Under the pieces are notes generated by a model. That model made no database searches, had not been told where the DNA came from, and saw nothing but the letters and a program-made list of their open reading frames with translations. A program made the position numbers and the translations under genes. A stretch of 64,000 nucleotides of DNA. Origin: an uncultured Planctomycetaceae bacterium. GTDB taxonomy: Bacteria > Planctomycetota > Planctomycetia > Planctomycetales > Planctomycetaceae. The stretch lies in assembly GCA_963976765.1 (NCBI GenBank), contig CAXBME010000001.1:248001-312000 (forward strand). The letters run 5' to 3'. The first letter of the stretch is position 1. Each line of letters starts with the position of its first letter. This document shows positions 1 through 9,896 of the stretch, in pieces.

Positions 1-625
1 TCCCAAATCGTCGATCAATGGCGTAATCTTCGGCTTTGGAGATCTCGGTCCGTCTTGATCGAAGCATTCTTAGCAACTCACCGGCGGAGTCAAGTTCAGG
101 GTGCATCGTGGATACCAAATAGACGATGAGTTCGCACATGCCATTGGCCAATTCTTCGTCAAGACGGCCATTCGGCGGTGGACCGGCGATTAATTCGTGC
201 GGAAACACCAATTCACTTGGGACGCGATCACGATCTTGCGGCGAGATCGCCGCACGAAGCAGATCTGCGGTCTCAATCGTACGACTGGTTCCGGAAATTT
301 CGTGCCAAAACGTCGACGATTCTTCAAAGAGTGAATCAAACGGATTCAACTCTTCGAATCGCAATGGCGACCCAACGCTCTCCCTTGCCAGTCGCCTAAG
401 CTCCTTTGGATGACGTGATGATTTCTCAAGAACATCAACCGTATACGAGCCAGAATAAAGAAGCCCGATTAGGAGTGAGTCGGTATCACCGACGATGTCT
501 GACGGAGAACGTGCGATTGATTCAGTCAGAGACGACAATGCCTGCGGAGTGGCGGTAAGCCCGTGGAGGCCAAGTTCCACTGATAGCTTCTTGCTCAAGG
601 TGTGTTTTGTCAGTTGGTTTTCCAT
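1..625 (-). CDS. Hypothetical protein with Clp N-terminal (Clp_N)-like repeats; runs off the left edge
   Basis: Not in the ORF track because it has no stop in the window. Hand translation from ATG 625 is open to base 1 (MENQLTKHTLSKKL...). Motifs GDTDSLLIGLL and IETADLLRAAI resemble the Clp_N IxTEHLLLAL consensus. Confidence 0.55.
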   Translation of the reverse strand, partial: MENQLTKHTLSKKLSVELGLHGLTATPQALSSLTESIARSPSDIVGDTDSLLIGLLYSGSYTVDVLEKSSRHPKELRRLARESVGSPLRFEELNPFDSLFEESSTFWHEISGTSRTIETADLLRAAISPQDRDRVPSELVFPHELIAGPPPNGRLDEELANGMCELIVYLVSTMHPELDSAGELLRMLRSRRTEISKAEDYAIDRRFG

Positions 626-695
626 TCTCTGTCGCTCAGTTCTGCGTAGGTTCTGCGAATGTATGAATTGTGAATTATGCGAAGGGCAACTCAGG

Positions 696-1064
696 TCAGT
701 CGAATTTGAATTCCGACGGATGAGTCGTCTTGTTTTTCAGTACGTCGTCGAGCCTGAGTGGAATGAATCGTCGGTTGTGGTTGAGTGGATCTTTGAAGCG
801 GAAGGTGTGGCTCTCCAACTGCGGCCAGTCGGCCGCGAGCGCCTCAGCGGACAGGCAGAGCACCAGCACGCGGGAGTGCTCCAGTCCGTCCTCGATCTTC
901 GCCGGGATGCTGTCGCCCGGCTGGATCTCCCACTCATCAAACCACACCCGCACCCCGTCCGACTTCAGCCGGTTCGCGATGTCTCGGACAGTGTCTTTGT
1001 CTTTCGAGCTATGACTGAGGAAGACGTCCCACTGGAATTCGGAATCGGCAGAAGCATTGCTCAT
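696..1064 (-). CDS. TIR domain protein, apparently C-terminally truncated
   Basis: WDVFLSHSSKDK, VWFDEWEIQPGDSI, VLVLCLS and WPQLE TIR motifs; similarity ends after RRFIPLRLDD. ATG at 1064. Confidence 0.85.
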   Translation of the reverse strand: MSNASADSEFQWDVFLSHSSKDKDTVRDIANRLKSDGVRVWFDEWEIQPGDSIPAKIEDGLEHSRVLVLCLSAEALAADWPQLESHTFRFKDPLNHNRRFIPLRLDDVLKNKTTHPSEFKFD

Positions 1065-1068
1065 AAGC

Positions 1069-1171
1069 GGGCCACGAAAAAGCACGAAGAGGCACACAAA
1101 AAGAAGGGGACCGACGGACAGTGTAGAGACTCGTCCCTGACTATTGCGACTTCTCGTGCCTTCTTGTGGCC
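1069..1171. repeat. Imperfect inverted-repeat doublet with ~10-nt internal periodicity
   Basis: gggccacgaaaaagcacgaagaggcacacaa (from 1069) is inverse to ttgcgacttctcgtgccttcttgtggcc (1144-1171). Confidence 0.6.
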
Positions 1172-1282
1172 ATTCTTTGTTCGACTGGCGAGATTCGCAG
1201 AGTCCGGGTGGGCGAGGTTGAACGCCATCTCGAAGTTGAGTAAACCAACGGCTTGGCGCAGGTTGACGCAGTCAATCTGTCA

Positions 1283-2572
1283 TCAGCCATTGAGGCCAAA
1301 GGCGTCGCGGAGTTCGGCGATGACGTTTTCGGGCATTGCGGAGACGTCTCCGATGGCTCGTGCGTTGATGACAGCTTCGGCGGTGGACTCAAGAACTTCC
1401 AGGCGATCGAACGCGTCAAGCACGCTGGAGCCGGTCACCAGCACTCCGTCGTTTTCAAGAATTGCTGCAGGCGACGCGGCGGAAATTGAGTCGGCGATGC
1501 TGCCGCCGTTCCGGTACTGAACTCCGTAAGGCACGCGTTCGACGTCGCGCAGAAAGACGTAGCTTTCGGGAATGGTCCGAGCGTCAAACGCAGTATCAGT
1601 CACACTGAACGCCGTCGCGTTGACCGGATGAGCAAATGCGATTGCTTGAACGTGCGGGTGCTTTCGGTAGATCGCCTGGTGAGCGAAGACGGCTCGGCTG
1701 GCCTTTTTACCGGCCTCGCGGCGGTCGCCGTCGACCAGAACCAGATCATCAACACTGAGTCGTTCGCGATCCTGCTGCGTCGGAGTGATCACAAACGAGT
1801 CGTCACTCAGTCGCGCGGAGAAACTGCCTTCCGTGCTGATCAGCAATCGCTGCCGGCATCCCCGTCGAATGAATTCGCAAAGTTGCCGCCGCAGTTCCAT
1901 TTCTTCTGCCGTCGCATCTTTCGGTTTGTGTGATTTCAGAGCGACGCTGCGGCCGAGAGCCTGTTCAAGCTGTTGATCGGTCAGGTACCGAACCGCTCCG
2001 AGCTGACGGCCTTTGATGATTGTTTTGGCCGCGAACTCGAAAGCTTCGAACCGCTGAAACGCGTGAGGCAATGATTCTCCGCCGACGACGACTCCGTGAT
2101 TTTCCAGAATGACGCTGTCGCAGCCGGTCGCAAAACTTTCGGCAATCTTACTTCCCAGCTGCTCGCTGCCTGGCAACGCGTAAGGTGCGAATCCAATCTG
2201 CCCGCAAACAGAATGAGCCTGGTGAAACAGCCGAGTGTCCGGCGTCGTTCCGCAAATGCTGAAAGCAACCAGCGCGACCGGATGGGCATGCACGATCGCC
2301 TGCAGGTCGGGGCGAGCCTTGTAGATTGCTTTGTGAAACGGAAACTCGGACGACGGTCGATGAGGGCCTTCGACCGAGCCGTCCGGCTTCACGCAGACAA
2401 TGTCGTTGCGCGTGAGATTTCCTTTGTCGACTCGCGCGGGGGAAATCCAGATGTCTCCAGACTCTTCCCGAATCGAAAGATTGCCGCCGGAAGTTGTCGT
2501 CATGCGGTACCGGTAAATTCGGTCCATCGTCTGCATGATCTGGTCGCGCGGATGAGTCAATTGTCGGGTCAT
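1283..2572 (-). CDS. Class II aldolase/adducin family protein, tandem two-domain
   Basis: Domain 1 has GGNLS, SSEFPFH, VHAHP and ILENHG; domain 2 is the duplicate with EGSFS, FAHP and ILENDG. Confidence 0.9.
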   Translation of the reverse strand: MTRQLTHPRDQIMQTMDRIYRYRMTTTSGGNLSIREESGDIWISPARVDKGNLTRNDIVCVKPDGSVEGPHRPSSEFPFHKAIYKARPDLQAIVHAHPVALVAFSICGTTPDTRLFHQAHSVCGQIGFAPYALPGSEQLGSKIAESFATGCDSVILENHGVVVGGESLPHAFQRFEAFEFAAKTIIKGRQLGAVRYLTDQQLEQALGRSVALKSHKPKDATAEEMELRRQLCEFIRRGCRQRLLISTEGSFSARLSDDSFVITPTQQDRERLSVDDLVLVDGDRREAGKKASRAVFAHQAIYRKHPHVQAIAFAHPVNATAFSVTDTAFDARTIPESYVFLRDVERVPYGVQYRNGGSIADSISAASPAAILENDGVLVTGSSVLDAFDRLEVLESTAEAVINARAIGDVSAMPENVIAELRDAFGLNG

Positions 2573-2614
2573 GTGATTGTTCCAGAGTGGGGTACAAAGT
2601 CTGACTCGGTCGCG

Positions 2615-3640
2615 TTATGCCGTCTCGTCAGCCTTCAGCACAAACCGTTCAAAGTCCGCCAGTTCGACCCGGCTTCCGACGACAAGCGGTGTGCGCTGAT
2701 GAATACTCGTTGGCTGGATGTCCAGAATTCGTCGCTCACCGTCGATGGCCATGCCTCCCGCCTGTTCGGCGAGAAAAGCGATCGGGTTGGCTTCATAGAG
2801 CAGTCGTAGCTTGCCGTCGGGATTGGAATCGGTTGGCGGGTAAAGAAAGACTCCGCCTTTCAACAAGGTACGATGAAAGTCAGCGACCATCGATCCGATG
2901 TATCGCGACGCGTATTTGTGTCCGAGGATGCCGCTGCGCAGCCGATCGATGTACTCACCGTAGCGAGGCGGAAATGTGTCCCGGTAAGCCTCGTTGACTG
3001 AGTAGTACGGTCCCTGCGCAGGCATCCGCATGTTGGGATGGCTCAGAATATAGGCACCGAGCGACGGGTCGAGTGTGAATCCGTGAACTCCATTGCCAAC
3101 GCTGTAAACCAGGATCGTCGACGATCCGTAGACAACATAGCCGGCAGCAACCTGTTTGTTTCCGGGTTGCAATACCCACTGGTCGGAATTGTCCAGCGAC
3201 ACACCGGTTGGTCGCCGCAGGATTGAAAACGTTGTTCCAACGCTCACGTTCACATCGATATTTGAGGAACCGTCCAGTGGGTCGAACACGACCGCGTAGT
3301 TCGCGTCGTTCGATCCCTTGTGAACGATCATCGGATTCTCATTTTCTTCCGATGCCAGAATGCCAACGCTGTCCCGCAGGCCGAGAAAATGAATCAGTAC
3401 CTCGTTGGAGTAAACATCCAGCTTCTGCTGCCGCTCACCCTGCACGTTGATCTCGCCGTGCTCGCCGAGAATGTCAGAAAGTCCAGCGCGGCGAACTTTG
3501 TCCTGAATCATCTTCGTGGCCATCGTGATGCCCGACAGCAGCGACGAGAACACACCGGACGAGCCAGGAAAACGCTTCTGCTCTTCGAGAATGTGTTGCT
3601 GAGCAGTGAGGAAGGGGACGGCTGCGGGAGTGTCCGACAT
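2615..3640 (-). CDS. fbp: Fructose-1,6-bisphosphatase class I
   Basis: NVQGERQQKLDV, ASEE, FDPLDGSSNIDVNVSVGT, RYIGSMVADFHR and GKLRLLYEANP motifs. Confidence 0.97.
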   Translation of the reverse strand: MSDTPAAVPFLTAQQHILEEQKRFPGSSGVFSSLLSGITMATKMIQDKVRRAGLSDILGEHGEINVQGERQQKLDVYSNEVLIHFLGLRDSVGILASEENENPMIVHKGSNDANYAVVFDPLDGSSNIDVNVSVGTTFSILRRPTGVSLDNSDQWVLQPGNKQVAAGYVVYGSSTILVYSVGNGVHGFTLDPSLGAYILSHPNMRMPAQGPYYSVNEAYRDTFPPRYGEYIDRLRSGILGHKYASRYIGSMVADFHRTLLKGGVFLYPPTDSNPDGKLRLLYEANPIAFLAEQAGGMAIDGERRILDIQPTSIHQRTPLVVGSRVELADFERFVLKADETA

Positions 3641-3994
3641 CGTTTTCCGGCTTTCAATTCTAAATGCTGGCTGAATTTCTTAACGCTGGCTGGACTTTTC
3701 CTGAAAGCTGGCAATCAGGCAGCCGCAAGATGATTTCTAACAGAAGCCGACGAACCGCCGAAAGGAGTCAGAGCGACTCTTTCGCCATTAATTCTCAGTC
3801 TTGTTCAAGGCTCACAATCCCGAAGCTGCGGAGTCATCAGCGTGGCTGCTACGATTCCCTGCCGCGAAGCTCACGTTCCGACCCGGCAGAATTACAGTCA
3901 CTACTGCGCAAATTGTTGTCTTGAAGCGTCCAGCGTTTCGTTATTTCAAAACTGAACCGCATGAACGCTATTCTGAAAAACAAGTATTCTGTGA

Positions 3995-5824
3995 ATGCCC
4001 CTCATGACCGAACCTGGATTTCTCCTGCGACTCTTGCTGCTGCTTCTCGTTATGGTTGGTCGAGTCAGTCAGGCTGACGACCGACCGAACATCGTTGTGT
4101 TCTACACCGACGACCACGGCTACGCGGACCTGTCCTGCCAGGACGTCTTCGACGATGTTCGTACCCCGAATGTTGACGCTCTGGCTGCCAGCGGCGTCAG
4201 AGCGCTGCATGGTTACAGCACGGCTCCACAGTGCGTCCCGTCGCGAGCCGGGCTGATGATCGGCAAGTTTCAGGCGAGGTTTGGCGTTGAGGCCAACGGT
4301 CGATCGCTCGACGGATTCGACAAGGAAACGACGATCGCTCAACGGCTTCAGACTGCCGGTTATGTGACCGCTCAGTTTGGGAAATGGCACCTCGGCCCTT
4401 CGCCAGAAATTACGAAACATGGCTTCCGGCATGTGTACGCTCAGAATTCTCAGGCGTTGTTTTCGGCCAACATCACGGCGGACGGCAAAGATCGACCAAT
4501 GAGCCCTCTGAAACCGGAGATGTACCACGTCGATGGTTGCAGCCAGGCCGCAGCGTCATTGATCGACCGATACAAAGATCAGCCGTTGTTTCTGTACGTC
4601 GCTTATCGAGCCCCCCACGTTCCACTGGATGCGCCGCCGAAATATCTCAAACGATTTCCTGGAGAAATGCCCGAACGACGTCGGCAGGCACTGGCGATGT
4701 TGTCTGCTGTTGACGATGGCGTCGGGCTGGTCATGAAGACGCTGGAGGAAAATGGCCTCGCCGACAAAACCCTGATCTTCTACATCGGCGATAACGGAGC
4801 ACCGCTGAAAATTCACAAAGAAGATGCTCCCGGCGGTGGACCAGGCTGGGACGGTTCGCTCAACGATCCATTGAACGGTGAGAAGGGAATGCTGACCGAA
4901 GGCGGCATGCACACTCCATTCGTTGTCTCATGGCCGGGGACGATTCCCGGCGGGCAGGAATATCCTCACCCGATCAGTGCGCTGGATGTTGCGGCGACGG
5001 CAACGGCGATCACCGGAATTGAAACCGGGCCAGGCGACCTGGACGGCGTCAACCTGATTCCGTTTCTTACTGGTCAGAACAAAGCCGCTCCGCATGATGC
5101 ACTGATGTGGCGATGGGTGTCGCAGTCCGCCATCCGCGAAGGCAACTGGAAATTGCTCCTCGGTGGCGACCGGGAGTACCTCTTTGACCTGGATGCAGAC
5201 CTCGAAGAAAAACACAACCTGCTGACAAAGCACCCCGAGATCGCCAGTCGTCTGCGGAAACGGCTGAGTGACTGGGCCGAGGAGTTGTCTCCACCGGGAC
5301 TTGCGAAAGTTTTGCCAAATGGTGGAGCCTGGGGCTCGTACTTTGATTTCTACCTGGATGGCAAAAAAACACCACCGCTGCGTGACAGAATTACGCAGAA
5401 AACAGAAACAGCATCACCCGACGAAATGCCGAATGTTCCGTGGCTGCTCCGCTCCGGAAAAATGAAACTGACCGATGACGGCCTGCAGATCACTGCCGAC
5501 CGAGCGGCAAAACGCCAAACTCCGTTTCTGGCCAGGAACGGAGTGAAACTTGAAGGCCCGGTCGAAGTCGAAACGACCGTCAAAGTTTCTGACAAAGGAG
5601 TCATTGTTTTCTCATGGCGAACTTCCGGGGACAAAGATTTTATTCAGGACAAACGCATTCAGGTTTCGGTCGATGCCTCGTCCGAATGGCAGACGGTCAG
5701 TGCGTCGCTGCTCGGCAGTGGCGCTATCATCCACATCCGGGTTCAGGTTCCGACCGGTGTGACAACATTCAAAAGCCTCCAACTCACTCCGGCAAACGGC
5801 AAAATGATCACTCTGTTGAAGTAG
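3995..5824 (+). CDS. Formylglycine-dependent sulfatase with C-terminal extension
   Basis: Signal peptide, RPNIVVFYTDD, CVPSRAGL (CxPxR), GKWHLG, GDNG and GEKG motifs. Confidence 0.93.
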   Translation: MPLMTEPGFLLRLLLLLLVMVGRVSQADDRPNIVVFYTDDHGYADLSCQDVFDDVRTPNVDALAASGVRALHGYSTAPQCVPSRAGLMIGKFQARFGVEANGRSLDGFDKETTIAQRLQTAGYVTAQFGKWHLGPSPEITKHGFRHVYAQNSQALFSANITADGKDRPMSPLKPEMYHVDGCSQAAASLIDRYKDQPLFLYVAYRAPHVPLDAPPKYLKRFPGEMPERRRQALAMLSAVDDGVGLVMKTLEENGLADKTLIFYIGDNGAPLKIHKEDAPGGGPGWDGSLNDPLNGEKGMLTEGGMHTPFVVSWPGTIPGGQEYPHPISALDVAATATAITGIETGPGDLDGVNLIPFLTGQNKAAPHDALMWRWVSQSAIREGNWKLLLGGDREYLFDLDADLEEKHNLLTKHPEIASRLRKRLSDWAEELSPPGLAKVLPNGGAWGSYFDFYLDGKKTPPLRDRITQKTETASPDEMPNVPWLLRSGKMKLTDDGLQITADRAAKRQTPFLARNGVKLEGPVEVETTVKVSDKGVIVFSWRTSGDKDFIQDKRIQVSVDASSEWQTVSASLLGSGAIIHIRVQVPTGVTTFKSLQLTPANGKMITLLK

Positions 5825-5972
5825 CATTTTCTGATGACTCTGTTTTCAAACGGTCGACCAGTCATGCTCAACGGAACGAGCGGTCGCGTGTCCGCTTGAC
5901 GGACTCGTTCACGTCGCGACACTTTCGGAACAACCCCTGATTGAAACCCCAGTTCTCAGATCGAGGATATTA

Positions 5973-7214
5973 ATGATGCGACTGCTTCTCATGACCGTAG
6001 CACTTGGCCTGCCTGCTTCTTCGGGGCTCTCGGCTGCTGACTGGACTCAGTGGCGAGGCCCCAATCACAACAATGTCGCTGACAAGGGACAAGTCGTTCC
6101 GACTTCCTGGAGTGACACTCAGAATGTCGCCTGGAAAGCCAGCGTGCCGGGGCGAGGTCATTCTTCGCCGATTGTCGTGGAGAATCTGGTCGTTCTGACC
6201 AGCGCCGACGAACAGGGGCAACAGCAGGGGGTCTTCGCGTTTGATCGAGCAAACGGAACGTTGAAGTGGGGTACTGCCATCAGCAAAGGCGGCTTCCCGA
6301 AACTTCATGCCAAGAATACGCATGCGTCCCCAACGGCATGCAGCGATGGGCAGCAGATCTACGCCACGTTTAATCACCACAATAAAGTAGAAGCCGTTGC
6401 GCTTGATATGGCCGGCAAGATCGTGTGGAAACAGGACGTCGGCAATTTCGTTCCGAATCAATATCAGTACGGCTACGCTGCGGCTCCGACACTTTATCAG
6501 GGAAAACTGATTATCTCGGGAGACAGTGATACCGTTGCGTGGGTCAAGGCGCTGGACGCGAAATCCGGACGCATCGTCTGGCAGCAGAATCGTCCTAAGA
6601 AACTGAACTGGTCATCGCCGATCGTCGCTAATGTTGCCGGCAAAGAGCAACTCCTGATCAGTGGCTGTGAGATGATCGCCTCGTACGATCCCACCACCGG
6701 CAAGCCACTCTGGAGTCAGGCGTGTCTGACAATGGCCACTTGCGGAACAGTCGTATGGGACGACGACACGGTTTACGCCAGCGGCGGATACCCGGACAAA
6801 CAGACTGTCGCCGTGAAAGCTGACGGCTCGGGAAAAATTCGCTGGTCCAATGGCGTTAAGTGTTACGAGCAGTCGATGCTTTATCATGATGGGCACCTTT
6901 ACGCGATCGACGACGGCGGTATCGCTTACTGCTGGCATGCCAAAACCGGTCGCGAGATGTGGAAGACTCGTCTGCGAGGGCCGATCTCCGCTTCGCCCGT
7001 TCTGGCAGGAGATACCATCTTTGCATTGAACGAACGAGGCACGACGTTCGTCTTCAAAGCCAACCCTCAACGTTTTGAACCGATTGCTCAAAATCAGCTC
7101 GGCGAAGAATCATTTGCGACACCAACCGTCGTTGATAATCGCATACTGCTGAGAGTTGCCACCGGAAGCGGTGCTGGCCGAAAGGAAATGCTGTACGCGA
7201 TCGGCGCGAAGTGA
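5973..7214 (+). CDS. PQQ-like beta-propeller (BamB-like) secreted protein
   Basis: Signal peptide, DWTQWRGP, repeated AxDxxTGxxxW blades, SSPIV and ASPV motifs. Confidence 0.88.
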   Translation: MMRLLLMTVALGLPASSGLSAADWTQWRGPNHNNVADKGQVVPTSWSDTQNVAWKASVPGRGHSSPIVVENLVVLTSADEQGQQQGVFAFDRANGTLKWGTAISKGGFPKLHAKNTHASPTACSDGQQIYATFNHHNKVEAVALDMAGKIVWKQDVGNFVPNQYQYGYAAAPTLYQGKLIISGDSDTVAWVKALDAKSGRIVWQQNRPKKLNWSSPIVANVAGKEQLLISGCEMIASYDPTTGKPLWSQACLTMATCGTVVWDDDTVYASGGYPDKQTVAVKADGSGKIRWSNGVKCYEQSMLYHDGHLYAIDDGGIAYCWHAKTGREMWKTRLRGPISASPVLAGDTIFALNERGTTFVFKANPQRFEPIAQNQLGEESFATPTVVDNRILLRVATGSGAGRKEMLYAIGAK

Positions 7215-7490
7215 GAGGGCGTCAGATGCAGTGCTGAAATCAGGTTGCCGCTACCAGCACGAAACGCCGGAGCATTTGTCGATTGGCATGAAGGCAGGTT
7301 GGAACGATTGAGGATTCCTCGTGTTGATATTTGATGTGAAATCTGGACGGTATGTCTGGACTCCTGGCTCTTCCGTAGCAGCGTCTTCGTAGTGAGTAAC
7401 CGCTCTTTCATGATTTGGTATCGAATGTCCATGTCAGCTTCGCGTTACAGTTAACCGTTCTTCGAAAATCGAGCAATCATTGATTTGGAT

Positions 7491-7518
7491 TTGACAATTC
7501 AACGAACATTGATGTAAT
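7491..7518 (+). promoter_or_regulatory. Putative sigma70-type promoter for the DUF1549 operon
   Basis: TTGACA (7491-7496), 16-nt spacer and TGTAAT (7513-7518) in an AT-rich intergenic region. Confidence 0.4.
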
Positions 7519-7636
7519 CAGCTGGGTTGGAAAGCGTGTGTTGCGAATTGTGGCGTCTCAGGGCGGTCCAATTGCGGTTCAAAACACAACATGTTGTGAG
7601 CGAGAAACAAATTAGTCTTCACCAGCCAGGGAGTTT

Positions 7637-9805
7637 TTGACCGTGGCACGAACATGGACAGTCGTTTGTCTTGCGGTTTTGACCGCTGTAAACACGAGCG
7701 TTTCCCTGGCAGAGTCGGCTTCTGATGGGAGCCGGTTAAGCAAAGTGCTCAATCATGAAAACGCCGAACTCGGGGTTACGGCGAAGCCGGTCTCGCTGGT
7801 TGATGACACGGCTTACCTCCGCAGGGTGTCGGTGGACCTGATCGGTCGAATCCCCAACCACGGAGAAATAGAAGAGTACCTCGCCTGGCCTGCCGCCGAG
7901 CGTCGCTCAAAATTGATCGACCGGCTCATGGCAGATCCGCGATTTGTGGATCGCTGGACGACGTTTTTCGCGGATATGCTGCGGCTTCGGTCGAACTCAC
8001 CAGGTGGTGCGGCAGCGCTGGCGTTTGTCCACAAGTCTGTTGAAGACGACATGCCATACGACGAACTCGCCCGGCGGTTTATCTCGGCCAATGGCAAAGC
8101 AGGAGCCGTTCCTGAAGTCGCCTATGTGCTTGGTGATGATGCTGACCCGATGGCGCTTGCCGGAGTGACCTCGCAGGTCTTTATGGGGATCCGGATTTCG
8201 TGTGCTCAGTGCCACGATCATCCGTTTGATAAATGGACCCGCGAAGACTTTTACGGATTTGCTGCGTTCTTCGGAAAAACCCGCCGCTACGAAAACCAGT
8301 TCACCAATACGGTCTACACTCAGGAGATGAAAACTTCGTCGGTCCTCTGGCCACCTGAAGGTGATGCCGAGGAGTCGGCCCGCAAGCCAGTACTGCCGAA
8401 GTTCCTGGTGGATTTGATCGACTCGAAGGCTCGACCGGATTTCATCGCTCGACTTGAATCAACCCGCAAGTCGGAGCAGGATTTGATCGAAGCCTCGCTG
8501 GCAGCTTCTTCGAAAGAGTCGTCGATTGACGATCTGCTGCTGGGCGCTGCCGACAAGGCGCTCGACCGGGCCAGGGGTAAGAAAAAGTCGTCATTCGACG
8601 TGGCTTCGGAAGCTCGCCGTGAGCGAGAGAGTATCGATCTGAAGGCTGACATGCGGTCGGAGAGTGAACTTCGATCGGACCTCGCCGAACTGATTGCCAA
8701 TCCGCGAAATCGATTCTTCGCATGGAATTTCGTGAATCGAGTCTGGGCGGACCTGGTCGGACGAGGCATCGTCGAGCCGGTGGATGACTTCAGCGATGCG
8801 AATACGCCCAGTCATCCACAGACGCTCGACTTCCTGGCCGACGAGTTTGTTGCTGGCGGTTTTCAGTTCAAGCCACTCGTCAAGATGATCGTCACCAGCG
8901 AGCCTTACCAGCGCGGTCAGGCTGTCGGACTGGACGAAGCGGAACAGGAAGAATTGCGAGCCGCCTTCATGGCTGCACCCGCTCGACGCATGCTGGGCGA
9001 AGTGCTTTACGATTCAATTCTCACCGCCGGGCACCTGTTCGAATACAAGCATCCCAAGGGGGCCAACATGAAGACCGTCGCTGAGCGGATTCGTGTCGCC
9101 ATGCCCCGTGAAGGAGAAGAGATTACTCCGCAGTCACTGGCTTCGGCTGGAAGTGGCACTGCCATGCAGGGGCAGATGAACGGAGCTATGGCGGCCAGAG
9201 GTGCTGGCTACAACCTTGAGTCCGGTATCGAAATCGATTTCGACAACATTCTGAAACAGGCAAAAGAGAAAGCGAACGAAGCGGTCGTTGTGGAGAAGAT
9301 GGAAGTAATGTCTGCCGAGCAACTCGAGGCCGAGCGGATGCAGATGGAAGGCGGAAATCGGCGCCGTTTCCGCTACGTTTACAAGACGGTTGAGCGAACT
9401 TACGACGACAATCCTGTTTTCGGCTCAGCTTTCCGAATGGCGTCTCCAGCGGCTCCTCAGCACTTCGTCAGAATTTTCGGCCAGACCGACAGAACTCAGG
9501 TCGGCGTGCCACGAGATCACTCGCCAAGCATGCGTCAGGCATTGATGATGCTCAACGGGAAAATGACTCACGAAGCATCGCGGGTCGGGCCGTTCGAGCC
9601 GATGCACAAGTTGCTTGTTGGCAAGGCTCCCGATGTCGATCAGGCCGTGCGAATTGCCTACCTCGAAATCCTGACCCGCGAACCTGCCGCTGAAGAGGTC
9701 GAACTCGCAAAGTCGATCATTGATGAAGGTGGGACGACGCTCGAAGGAATGGCAGATCTGCGTTGGGTGTTGCTGAATTCGAACGAGTTCCGATACCTGC
9801 CGTAA
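7637..9805 (+). CDS. DUF1549/DUF1553 (PSCyt2/PSD1) planctomycete protein
   Basis: YLRRVSVDLIGRIP, CAQCHDHPFDKWTREDFY, VNRVWADLVGRGIVEPVDDF, SHPQTLDFLA and WVLLNSNEF motifs. Confidence 0.92.
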   Translation: MTVARTWTVVCLAVLTAVNTSVSLAESASDGSRLSKVLNHENAELGVTAKPVSLVDDTAYLRRVSVDLIGRIPNHGEIEEYLAWPAAERRSKLIDRLMADPRFVDRWTTFFADMLRLRSNSPGGAAALAFVHKSVEDDMPYDELARRFISANGKAGAVPEVAYVLGDDADPMALAGVTSQVFMGIRISCAQCHDHPFDKWTREDFYGFAAFFGKTRRYENQFTNTVYTQEMKTSSVLWPPEGDAEESARKPVLPKFLVDLIDSKARPDFIARLESTRKSEQDLIEASLAASSKESSIDDLLLGAADKALDRARGKKKSSFDVASEARRERESIDLKADMRSESELRSDLAELIANPRNRFFAWNFVNRVWADLVGRGIVEPVDDFSDANTPSHPQTLDFLADEFVAGGFQFKPLVKMIVTSEPYQRGQAVGLDEAEQEELRAAFMAAPARRMLGEVLYDSILTAGHLFEYKHPKGANMKTVAERIRVAMPREGEEITPQSLASAGSGTAMQGQMNGAMAARGAGYNLESGIEIDFDNILKQAKEKANEAVVVEKMEVMSAEQLEAERMQMEGGNRRRFRYVYKTVERTYDDNPVFGSAFRMASPAAPQHFVRIFGQTDRTQVGVPRDHSPSMRQALMMLNGKMTHEASRVGPFEPMHKLLVGKAPDVDQAVRIAYLEILTREPAAEEVELAKSIIDEGGTTLEGMADLRWVLLNSNEFRYLP

Positions 9806-9896
9806 TCGTCATGAGTTTCGCTGCGACTTCTCGAAAACCAATTCACCGATCAATTTTCAATCAAACCCGGTTCCCACCGTGCCAAAGGATTCCGCT

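Noticed and set aside
495..1520. 341-aa plus-strand ORF
   Set aside because: Antisense to the TIR and aldolase genes, with no recognisable motifs.
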